A stretch of 64,000 nucleotides of DNA from a virus. The stretch lies in IMG/VR virus record IMGVR_UViG_3300021137_000006, positions 17,868 to 81,867 of that record. The stretch is one strand, 5' to 3'. Below the pieces are notes generated by a model. The model did not search any database. It was given only the letters and a program-made list of their open reading frames with translations, and had not been told where the DNA came from. Position numbers and translations under genes: made by a program. Shown here piece by piece: positions 56,397 to 64,000 of the stretch (the stretch's first letter is position 1; the number at the start of each line of letters is the position of its first letter).

Positions 56397-56786
56397 ATGA
56401 CAATATACCACAAAGATAGTACTCTTCCTCGAAATGGGGAGATTTTTGTGTTTGGTAGTAATTTCCCGAGGGGAATTCACGGCGCAGGCGCTGCAAAAGC
56501 TGCTCTGCAATTTGGAGCAAAACACGGACAAGGTGTTGGTCTTGTGGGAAATACATACGCAATTCCCACAAAAGACGGTAACATACAAACCTTGCCGTTG
56601 GTTGATGTCCAACATCATATTGCTGCGTTTATTGCATATGCTGAAGCTACTCCCGACAAACAGTATTTTCTTACAGCTGTGGGGTGTGGATTAGCAGGCT
56701 TCGTTCATAGTCAAATCGCTCCCCTGTTTAGCCCTCCGCTACCGAATGCTAGCTATCCTGATACTTGGATGAAGTACCTAGAATGA
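56397..56786 (+). CDS. Macrodomain-like phage protein
   Basis: IFVFGSN..G.HGAGAA..A, YAIPTK, T.VGCGLAG. Confidence 0.7.
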   Translation: MTIYHKDSTLPRNGEIFVFGSNFPRGIHGAGAAKAALQFGAKHGQGVGLVGNTYAIPTKDGNIQTLPLVDVQHHIAAFIAYAEATPDKQYFLTAVGCGLAGFVHSQIAPLFSPPLPNASYPDTWMKYLE

Positions 56787-57205
56787 CACAACTTCGCTCT
56801 ACTCCAATTGGACTCGATTACGAAATTCTCGAGCGCATTACTGCTGGTCTTAAACTGACTGGAGAGCAAACCAAAGCGATTGCGGAAAATCAATATGACA
56901 TTCGTGGCGCCCGTGCTGCACAAACCCCCGATGGGTTTTGCATAATTGGGCTGCAGTTTCGTAGTGTAACTGAGAGTGTTAAAGCGCTACTTAACAAAAA
57001 TGAAATCGATCGACTATCTGGGTTGATAACACAACGTGGATTAACGGTAATGGTAGAATCAGTTGTTCACATTCGTGGGAAATTTAAAGTTGTATTGGCA
57101 ACCTGCAAAGGCAAGACCAAATTCGACAAACGTGAAGATCTCAAAAATGCGGATATTGATAAACGGTTGCGTAGAGTTGTAAAATCTCAGCAGCTTTTTG
57201 AATAA
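56783..57205 (+). CDS. smpB: SsrA-binding protein SmpB (divergent)
   Basis: YEI.E...AGL.LTG...KAI, LLNK.EI.RL, GLT, KV.LA..KGK..FDKRE..K..D. Confidence 0.85.
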   Translation: MTQLRSTPIGLDYEILERITAGLKLTGEQTKAIAENQYDIRGARAAQTPDGFCIIGLQFRSVTESVKALLNKNEIDRLSGLITQRGLTVMVESVVHIRGKFKVVLATCKGKTKFDKREDLKNADIDKRLRRVVKSQQLFE

Positions 57206-57231
57206 ATATTATTGCACACTAACCACTGTAA

Positions 57232-57477
57232 ATGTCAAGCAAAACTAAAACTGCTCATCTCCATGAAGTTACCAAACTAGTTGAGGAAGTTTCCCAGCTA
57301 TCTGATGCGGATGCTTATACCCTTCATGGGATTGAGTATTATACTGATGATGGAGTATACGATTCCATTGAAGATATTGATTACAGCTCACTTGCTCAAT
57401 GGGCTGAAGCTCAAATCTCTGCTATATACGACGCCACTTTCTTAAAGCGCCACTCTCCGCGCGCTTACGACGAATGA
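57232..57477 (+). CDS. Hypothetical protein
   Basis: TAAATA upstream; ATGA coupling to the next gene. Confidence 0.55.
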   Translation: MSSKTKTAHLHEVTKLVEEVSQLSDADAYTLHGIEYYTDDGVYDSIEDIDYSSLAQWAEAQISAIYDATFLKRHSPRAYDE

Positions 57478-58070
57478 CTCCTACCCCTACTATTGTATTT
57501 GTACACGGCGCATTTTCCACTCCAGATGCTTTTAACTATTTCAAAACTCAGCTAACTGATTATCCTCAGTTATCTTTTTCATATGACTGGAATAATCCAA
57601 CTTCCCAAGTGGGTCAGGACCTAGTTGAATATGTTGTTAATCGTACTTCAACTAGGCAAATAGTTTTACTGGGGCACTCGCTTGGTGGAAATGTCGCCAT
57701 CCACTCGTTGCCGCACTTCAGCCAACATGATGCAGTAACAGTTGACCACGTTTGTACATACGGCAGCCCGTTTGGTGGTAGTAAGTATGCATCGTTGGTT
57801 GGACTATTCTCGAAAGCTTCTGTATTTGAGCATATTACTCCATCCTCTACTCAAATTCGGTCACTTAAACCGATTGTTAAGCAACATACTAACATTACTA
57901 GTTTCGTGACTACTCGAGGCCCACTATCTTCTCTAAATGATGGCGTAGTTACAGTCGCCTCTCAAACGGCACTTCCTGGAGTCCACTACGTGACCGTTGA
58001 TACCAACCACATGGAAGTATTATTATCGGACCATGTTATAGCAGCCACTAGGCAATTTATAGAACACTGA
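57474..58070 (+). CDS. Alpha/beta hydrolase (lipase/esterase-like)
   Basis: FVHG, GHSLGG, GSPFGGS, NDGVV, NH. Confidence 0.9.
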   Translation: MTPTPTIVFVHGAFSTPDAFNYFKTQLTDYPQLSFSYDWNNPTSQVGQDLVEYVVNRTSTRQIVLLGHSLGGNVAIHSLPHFSQHDAVTVDHVCTYGSPFGGSKYASLVGLFSKASVFEHITPSSTQIRSLKPIVKQHTNITSFVTTRGPLSSLNDGVVTVASQTALPGVHYVTVDTNHMEVLLSDHVIAATRQFIEH

Positions 58071-58780
58071 TGTCGACACAACTTACACCACCATCTATAG
58101 CAACCGTTAAAGCGGTTGTTAGTTTTTCCCGCCACTTCTCTGCTGATCTTATTAAATTAACTTCTTCCACAGCAGCTGCGATTGATGATATTCCATCGTT
58201 GTTTATTGTATTCGATGGAATATCATACGCTGGCCCAGATCTAATGCTTAATCGAGTACGAGAGTTGTCCCAACGCATCGCTACCGAAGGTGCAGCAATC
58301 ACGGTAGTGACGGGTGGTACCGAAGACAAACCTAAGTCATTGCAAATTAAATCCGGTAAATCCACGATCGATTTTCGTCTTGCTACCGAACGCTCTACTG
58401 ATCGCATTCCGTCGAAGTTCACAGGCACTTTCGTGCATACTATTGAAATGTTGAGGGACGATTTAACAATAGCGATAACTGGTGCTAGTTCAATTGGATC
58501 TAAGTTGCTAACATTTGTTAGCAACGGTAAAACATTAGCGTTAACTGCAACTAGCGAAAGCGAGACTTATACCGCTGCACTTGATAATATCAATACTACG
58601 GAAAAGTTTCAGTATAACTACACTGTAGAGTATTTGCACTCGATTGATAAACTTCTGCCAAAATCAGTATCGTCGATTGAGTTTAATATTACAGCGAAAG
58701 GGCATATGCAGGTTGTGATGCCTACGGAACTGAGTCAAATTACGGCTTCAGTATTTTTACTTGATGTAAAGAATCGATAA
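58070..58780 (+). CDS. Probable sliding clamp (gp45-like)
   Basis: 236 aa with alternating helix/strand pattern, next to RNase H; no diagnostic motif seen. Confidence 0.45.
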   Translation: MSTQLTPPSIATVKAVVSFSRHFSADLIKLTSSTAAAIDDIPSLFIVFDGISYAGPDLMLNRVRELSQRIATEGAAITVVTGGTEDKPKSLQIKSGKSTIDFRLATERSTDRIPSKFTGTFVHTIEMLRDDLTIAITGASSIGSKLLTFVSNGKTLALTATSESETYTAALDNINTTEKFQYNYTVEYLHSIDKLLPKSVSSIEFNITAKGHMQVVMPTELSQITASVFLLDVKNR

Positions 58781-58781
58781 T

Positions 58782-59171
58782 ATGTTTTATTCCAAAAAAT
58801 CCATTGACGGTATTGTTAGCACCTTACGCACAGAAATTGAGAATGCCGCCGCCCGGAGTCAGGAACTCAGAGAGTGGCTTCCGCAGATGGTCAAAGCAGC
58901 AATTGTGACTGATCGAAATGAACAAGCAGCAGCTCAAGCGAAAGTAATTGACGATCGTCAAAAAAGTGATACTCCGTTTGTTGAAATTATTTCAGACGGA
59001 TATGACCCTGAGCTCGGCGTTCAGCTCCAACTTGACTGGAACGTCGCATTTATCAAAGAGCTTAAAGCTAAAGGATACTCAGGTAAGAATGATCGAGATG
59101 TCGTCAACAAGTGGTTAATCACGATGCACAAGCAGCTTGCCTCGCAATTCGAAGAACAAGATAAAGTATGA
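58782..59171 (+). CDS. Conserved-looking phage hypothetical protein
   Basis: LDWN.AFI..L...GY.G..D..VV.KW. Confidence 0.65.
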   Translation: MFYSKKSIDGIVSTLRTEIENAAARSQELREWLPQMVKAAIVTDRNEQAAAQAKVIDDRQKSDTPFVEIISDGYDPELGVQLQLDWNVAFIKELKAKGYSGKNDRDVVNKWLITMHKQLASQFEEQDKV

Positions 59172-60205
59172 ACAATGTAGATAATCTCATCTTCGACGTA
59201 TCGGGGATGTTATATCGCACTTATTACGCTTTGCAAGCGCAGGGCGGTAAGAGCGGCAAGGGCGGAATACGGAAACAAATCCTAGATGACGATGATGATA
59301 ACGATGAGCTGCCGGACATCGGTGGGATGGCGCTACATTCTGCACTTCAGTCGATGAATAAGTCATTCAAGCAGTTCCAACCAAAGCGAGTGGTGGCGTG
59401 CTTTGATACTCCAGGAAATTGGCGCAAACGATACACAGCAAGCGGACTAGCAATCTCTCGGTTGCAGTACAAAGGTCAGCGCCGCAAGGATCAGACGCCA
59501 GTTCAGCAAGCAGCGTATGCTAAGTTCCTTGAACACGTTAATGAATTTCAAGATATCCTGACCAGAATGACAGGAATCGTCGTGTTGTCCGCCCCGCTAC
59601 TTGAAGCAGATGACTGCATTGGCGGCTGGGTCCAGTTGTATCCAAATGAAATTAACGTCGTACTTACCGGTGATAGTGACATGCATCAGCTGATCACAGA
59701 AAATACTCACATATGTGACTACAAAACTGCTGAACTTGTAGTGATGGAAGACCCAGCATACTATCTCTTCGAAAAATGCTTCCGTGGGGATATGCAGTCG
59801 GATAATGTAGCGAGTGCATATCCAGGCATTCGTTCTACTCGTCTGCAAAAAGCATACACCAACAAGTTCGAACTCGCCAATATTTTGGAAGAACAGTGGC
59901 ATAACCCAGTTGCTCATCCGATCCCTGCAGAGGGTGAAGAAGCTCAAGTGATCAAGGTGAAAGAAATTCTGGAAGAGAATCAGATGCTAATCGACTTGAC
60001 GAAGCAGCCGCCCGCAATTCGCAAGTTGATGGAACGCGTTGTCACCACCAATCGTGACGCAGTGAAGAAGTTTGATTTTTGGAAGTTTTCAGCGTTCTGC
60101 ACAAGAGCTAAACTGGTTAAAATCCTTAAGGACTTACCAACCTTTCGACCACTCTTAATAGGCGGACATGGACACAAAAACGCACTCACTAACGCTATTG
60201 AATAA
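59168..60205 (+). CDS. 5'-3' exonuclease / T4 RNase H-like
   Basis: D..G, FD....WR, YKG.R, EADD, D.D..QL, GD..DNV. Confidence 0.9.
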   Translation: MNNVDNLIFDVSGMLYRTYYALQAQGGKSGKGGIRKQILDDDDDNDELPDIGGMALHSALQSMNKSFKQFQPKRVVACFDTPGNWRKRYTASGLAISRLQYKGQRRKDQTPVQQAAYAKFLEHVNEFQDILTRMTGIVVLSAPLLEADDCIGGWVQLYPNEINVVLTGDSDMHQLITENTHICDYKTAELVVMEDPAYYLFEKCFRGDMQSDNVASAYPGIRSTRLQKAYTNKFELANILEEQWHNPVAHPIPAEGEEAQVIKVKEILEENQMLIDLTKQPPAIRKLMERVVTTNRDAVKKFDFWKFSAFCTRAKLVKILKDLPTFRPLLIGGHGHKNALTNAIE

Positions 60206-60370
60206 AATAGTCGACAACTTACCACAGGAGTTTAAGGGTTGTAAAACCGACCCGGCTAATTTAAACAACCTTTATATCCTACTTGGTGAGATATGCATGG
60301 CGCTAACCGCTATTAATGATCACCTCTCCTCAACCACTGATAAGTAATTAACTTTAATACCACTAATAAT

Positions 60371-60727
60371 ATGAGCAATTTTGACCAAACCGAATCAGAC
60401 AACCCAATTGAAGCAGAAGAACAAGCGCAGTTGCTTGAACTAATGTTCAGGGAAAAGGCGATTGCAAAAGTAAATTCGATGCTTATCACACTGGATGGGA
60501 TTTCGTCTCCAGCGGATGTTCCTGAAGACGGACTCGAGTGTGCCCAGTGCGGCGAGCCTGTCCCAGCCAACCGTGTTAAAGCGCTAATGACTGAAGTGCA
60601 AGTTGGTAACAAATTGGTGTGGAAGGCAAATCCGAATGTGGTAATTTGTGTGCACTGTGCTACAAAGAATGAAAAACTAGGTAAACAATACTGGCATGGT
60701 GCAAAAGAAGAATCCGCTGCTTTCTAA
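60371..60727 (+). CDS. Second DksA/TraR-like zinc-finger protein
   Basis: D..EAEE...E, CAQCGE.VP..R..AL ... CVHCA...E with an insertion. Confidence 0.65.
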   Translation: MSNFDQTESDNPIEAEEQAQLLELMFREKAIAKVNSMLITLDGISSPADVPEDGLECAQCGEPVPANRVKALMTEVQVGNKLVWKANPNVVICVHCATKNEKLGKQYWHGAKEESAAF

Positions 60728-61112
60728 ATTGCTGAAAGAGCTGACTACACCCCCCAAGCCCAAAAAACTCGTTGCGCTTCGGCGTAGTCTGGTAAAGAAG
60801 GCTGGCAAAACTCAGTTGCAGCCGAACATGCATACTATTGGTAATTTTAAAGATGCCTCCTCAATGGCACTTTCTGACAAATTTCCTTTTGGGAAGTACA
60901 AAGACAAGACGGTTCGTTACATCATTAAGACTGACCCAATGTGGTTATCGTGGCTAATGAATAACTCAGAAGGTCGCATTCGATTGTGTAGCGAAGCGAC
61001 AAAGCAGATGGCGATGTTTATTGCCATTGAGGCTACTGATTCTGATGAGGGCTACCAAGTAGAGCTCGAAGAGGGCGAATTCGGCGGCATTGCTGTTGAT
61101 GATACATTTTAA
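60696..61112 (+). CDS. Hypothetical protein with FPFGKYK motif
   Basis: FPFGKYKDK.V..I...DP.WL.W. Confidence 0.6.
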   Translation: MVQKKNPLLSKLLKELTTPPKPKKLVALRRSLVKKAGKTQLQPNMHTIGNFKDASSMALSDKFPFGKYKDKTVRYIIKTDPMWLSWLMNNSEGRIRLCSEATKQMAMFIAIEATDSDEGYQVELEEGEFGGIAVDDTF

Positions 61113-61123
61113 GGAGAAAATAC

Positions 61124-61486
61124 ATGACTACAAAAGTAATAACTGAGGTATTCTGTTCATTGCAGATTGATGGCCTGCACAATTGGCCAGAGTGTCCATT
61201 TGAGGAGATGAAGATTTTGCGTGATCTTCACCGTCATATGTTCCACATCAAAGCGTACAAACAAGTAACACACTCGGATCGTGACGTCGAGTTTATCATG
61301 CTGAAGCATCGAATATCGAAGTGGCTTCGTGAAAACTATTGGAGTAACGAACTAAATTCGCACGTGCTCGGACGTATGTCGTGCGAGGCGCTTGCGGAAT
61401 TGTTGCACAAAGAATTTGATCTATCTGCGTGTCAAGTTGACGAGGATGGCGAGAATGGTAGTTTCACACGTTGGGAGGATGTATGA
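61124..61486 (+). CDS. QueD-like (T-fold) protein
   Basis: G.H.W, HRH.F, DRDVEFI, SCE..A, V.EDGENG. Confidence 0.7.
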   Translation: MTTKVITEVFCSLQIDGLHNWPECPFEEMKILRDLHRHMFHIKAYKQVTHSDRDVEFIMLKHRISKWLRENYWSNELNSHVLGRMSCEALAELLHKEFDLSACQVDEDGENGSFTRWEDV

Positions 61487-61938
61487 GCTATGATAAACCA
61501 CAAGTATGGCGTGCTGGAGCAATCCCCTACGTAGTTCAACCAGATACTGGTGAAATTGAAATGATGTTCATGGTTCCGTCGAATACTGACTACAACAAGG
61601 ATGTTCCGGAACTGACGATGCCGCAAATCGCAAAAGGCCGCATCGAGCGGTTTGAGAATCCGCTTCCGGCCGCTGTACGAGAATGCATCGAAGAATTAGG
61701 ACTCGTTGAAGACAATATCGATACAATCATTGAAGGTGGTGTTGTACTCGGCCGTACTCACATCTACGCATTCAAAGTGCATGATAAAGCTAACTTTACC
61801 GGATTCAGTAGCGAAACGGCAACTACATTGTGGCTAACTCATGATCAGTTTATGGACAAGGGGCGCGACCTTCATAAGCCTGTAGTCGACGGTTTGCACA
61901 ATCAAATTGTCGAAAAATACTTCACAGAGATGACCTAG
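61483..61938 (+). CDS. Nudix hydrolase
   Basis: KG.IE..E....AAVRECIEELGL. Confidence 0.9.
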   Translation: MSYDKPQVWRAGAIPYVVQPDTGEIEMMFMVPSNTDYNKDVPELTMPQIAKGRIERFENPLPAAVRECIEELGLVEDNIDTIIEGGVVLGRTHIYAFKVHDKANFTGFSSETATTLWLTHDQFMDKGRDLHKPVVDGLHNQIVEKYFTEMT

Positions 61939-61975
61939 TCATAAATATCGAAATACACTATCCTATAGGACAATT

Positions 61976-63400
61976 ATGAAACTACTAAAGACGCTTGTTG
62001 AGGCAGTTGCTTCGAAATCGAAAATGGCCGCACAAACCATTTTAAGCAGCGAAGAGCAGATCGCTACAATGGCCCGAGGTGCAGCTGCAGTGCTCAAGAA
62101 AAACTTCGGCGAGCGTTTGATGGACACTCCAATGGCTATGATTACTCAACAAGTACGTTCGTATGTAGATGCTACTACTGGTACTCGTTTGGGCAAAGAT
62201 GGCCTCGAGCAAGTCACCCAAGCGGTAGTTTCCCAACTTCGTCCATATCTCGGTGAAAGCAAAGTCGATGAAGACGATGAGGAAGTAACTGAAGCGTTTT
62301 CCGACGAAGATGCAAACGGAGAAGAAAATATTGAAGAAGGTGCAGACATGGTAAAGGGTGCAGTTGCGGCACTCAAGAAAACATTCGGCGCTAAATTGAT
62401 GGATACGCCAATGGCTGTGATTACTCAACACGTTCGTTCGCACCTTGACTCTGCCACTGGCACTAAACTAAGCAAGGATAAGCTCGAGAAGCTAACTCGC
62501 TCTGTCGTGGCTGGGCTTCGTTCGCACCTTGGCGAAGGGAAACTTGAAGAAGGTAAGATGGCGGAACTAGATGATGACCTAACATCGTTGACTAGCGAAG
62601 AGTTTAAAAAGAAGTATGGCTGCTCTAAGAAAGATATGCGCGCCAAGACCCGAGGAGACGGTAAAGAAAAAACAGTCAAAGAAGCTGTTGATACTGTACA
62701 TGGTGTAATGGATCAGATTCTCGACGACACGCTTGATGCGTACGATGTGATGATTCATCCACAAACTCCGGGACAGCGTGCTGCGGCAAAAATCATTCAG
62801 CGTATGTACGATCAGCAGACTTACGGTGATGACGAAACGGGTGGTCTCCATGCTGATGATGATGTTGATCAAATCATGCTAAACGTCTACGAAGAAATCG
62901 AAGCCGAATACGGTCCAGATGCTGGCAAGTCTTCATTCGAATCCGTACAGGAAAGCGAAGAAGAGGTTGAAGAAGCTAAAGAAGAGGCTCCAGCCAAGAA
63001 GCGCGGCCGTCCTTCAAAGAAAGTTGCAGAAGAAAAACCAGCTACTAAAAAACAGACGAAGGCTGATGACAGTGATGATGAAGAAGATACTAAAAAGGTA
63101 TCCTCCAAAGCGCTAGCTAAATCGATGGAAAAAGACGACGATGGGGAAGACGACGACGCTGATGTCAAAAAAGCCGATTCAGCATCAAAAGATAAGCCGA
63201 AGAAAATCGTCGATACGTCTGTCAAGCCAGACCAGTTGAAGACTGCGTATGAAAACTTGTCAAAGCGTATTCAACATGCCGTAGATACGTCAAGCGCCTC
63301 TTCGGCCTTTGAATTGAGTAAAGAATTACGTGCTACGTTTAAGGACATCACTACAGATGAAGTTAAACAAGCAACTGCAATTTGGAAATCAGAAAACTAA
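61976..63400 (+). CDS. Modular putative internal head protein with an internal duplication
   Basis: MKLLKTLVEA start; two about 63-aa repeats (LMDTPMA.ITQ.VRS); LGE/VTE/IEE/VKE/VQE junctions. Confidence 0.6.
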   Translation: MKLLKTLVEAVASKSKMAAQTILSSEEQIATMARGAAAVLKKNFGERLMDTPMAMITQQVRSYVDATTGTRLGKDGLEQVTQAVVSQLRPYLGESKVDEDDEEVTEAFSDEDANGEENIEEGADMVKGAVAALKKTFGAKLMDTPMAVITQHVRSHLDSATGTKLSKDKLEKLTRSVVAGLRSHLGEGKLEEGKMAELDDDLTSLTSEEFKKKYGCSKKDMRAKTRGDGKEKTVKEAVDTVHGVMDQILDDTLDAYDVMIHPQTPGQRAAAKIIQRMYDQQTYGDDETGGLHADDDVDQIMLNVYEEIEAEYGPDAGKSSFESVQESEEEVEEAKEEAPAKKRGRPSKKVAEEKPATKKQTKADDSDDEEDTKKVSSKALAKSMEKDDDGEDDDADVKKADSASKDKPKKIVDTSVKPDQLKTAYENLSKRIQHAVDTSSASSAFELSKELRATFKDITTDEVKQATAIWKSEN

Positions 63401-63422
63401 AAGCACTTAACGTGCACCTAAT

Positions 63423-63446
63423 AGAGCCTTCGGGCTCTTTTTTTTG
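63423..63446 (+). terminator. Intrinsic terminator
   Basis: AGAGCC-TTCG-GGCTCT followed by a T-run. Confidence 0.85.
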
Positions 63447-63559
63447 ACCCTTTAGTTTAAAGTTCCCCTAAATAGCTCTGTACCCTAAAACAAGGTGTGA
63501 CTGTCTTAATTGACACAGCAGCTTGAAAAAGACAAATCCATATTTTTAGGAGTTCTTCA

Positions 63560-64000
63560 ATGTCTACTATCCAACACAGCGCCGTAACTGGTGCTGACAT
63601 TCACAGCGTTCTTGCTTTTACTGCCGTTTCTACTGCTGCGCGTGATGCGCTATCCGTCGTTGCTGGTGATATCGGTAAAGTTGCTCGTGTAACCGCTGAT
63701 AATTCTTTCTATATTTTAACTAGCATTTCCCCGTCTGTATGGACCCCATTAGCTAGCAGTGCTTCTCTACTAGCTAATCCAACCATCACTGGTGGTCTAA
63801 CGATGACTGGTAGCATCCTTCCTGATACAAACGTTGCATATGATCTAGGTTCGCCTACTAAGCAATGGCACTCGCTGTATGTCGGTCCAGGTTCTTTGTA
63901 TGTTAACAACCAAAAGGTTCTACAAGACAACTCTGGTACAATCGTGTTCAGTGCTGACGTCAACCAAAACATCAGCATTCAAACTCAAGGCACAGGTGAT
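63560..64000 (+). CDS. Tail-fibre-like structural protein, N-terminal part; runs off the window
   Basis: SD AGGAG; AARDAL, G.ILP.....YDLGSP.K.W..LYVGPGSLYVN..KVL. Confidence 0.65.
   Translation, partial: MSTIQHSAVTGADIHSVLAFTAVSTAARDALSVVAGDIGKVARVTADNSFYILTSISPSVWTPLASSASLLANPTITGGLTMTGSILPDTNVAYDLGSPTKQWHSLYVGPGSLYVNNQKVLQDNSGTIVFSADVNQNISIQTQGTGD

Noticed and set aside
55470-57230. tmRNA near smpB
   Set aside because: No alanine-type acceptor stem, T-arm or tag reading frame seen in the nearby intergenic space.
1070-63225. Numerous antisense and out-of-frame ORFs in the track
   Set aside because: They shadow long sense genes, lack RBS or motifs, and are expected from codon bias.
1-64000. 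Stop-codon reassignment or suppressor tRNAs
   Set aside because: Conserved genes are full length under the standard code and end in TAA, TAG or TGA; no CUA/UUA/UCA anticodons found.

Overview
A 64-kb stretch of a large T4-superfamily myophage (jumbo-type gene organisation, standard genetic code). The host is probably proteobacterial: there are spanins, sigma70 promoters, and a bL33 that looks betaproteobacterial. It encodes head, neck and tail genes (terminase, tail tube, gp4, scaffold, major capsid, gp13/14/15, sheath), replication and nucleotide genes (PolB, primase, clamp-like protein, RNase H, RNR, dUTPase-family protein), chaperone/stress genes, many homing-endonuclease-like genes, and an array of 25 tRNA genes (37968-45207, one interrupted). 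Best candidate for an undescribed system: the tRNA array is preceded by three tandem sigma70 promoters, a 34-codon leader ORF, an alternative antiterminator/terminator pair and a boxA-like site. The first 24 leader codons use only, and all of, the 11 amino acids whose tRNAs the array encodes, which suggests a multi-codon attenuator that switches on phage tRNA supply when the matching host tRNAs are depleted. Other highlights: a tRNA-Thr with a 73-nt structured insertion in its anticodon, several tRNA-mimic or structured RNAs, phage bL33 and SmpB, an inosine-independent Arg(GCG)+Arg(UCG) pair, polyprotein-like head proteins, probable virion-packaged enzymes (Acb1-like phosphoesterase, two nucleotidyltransferases), and TGT-like plus QueD-like genes. 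All family calls are from motif recognition by eye; no searches were run.
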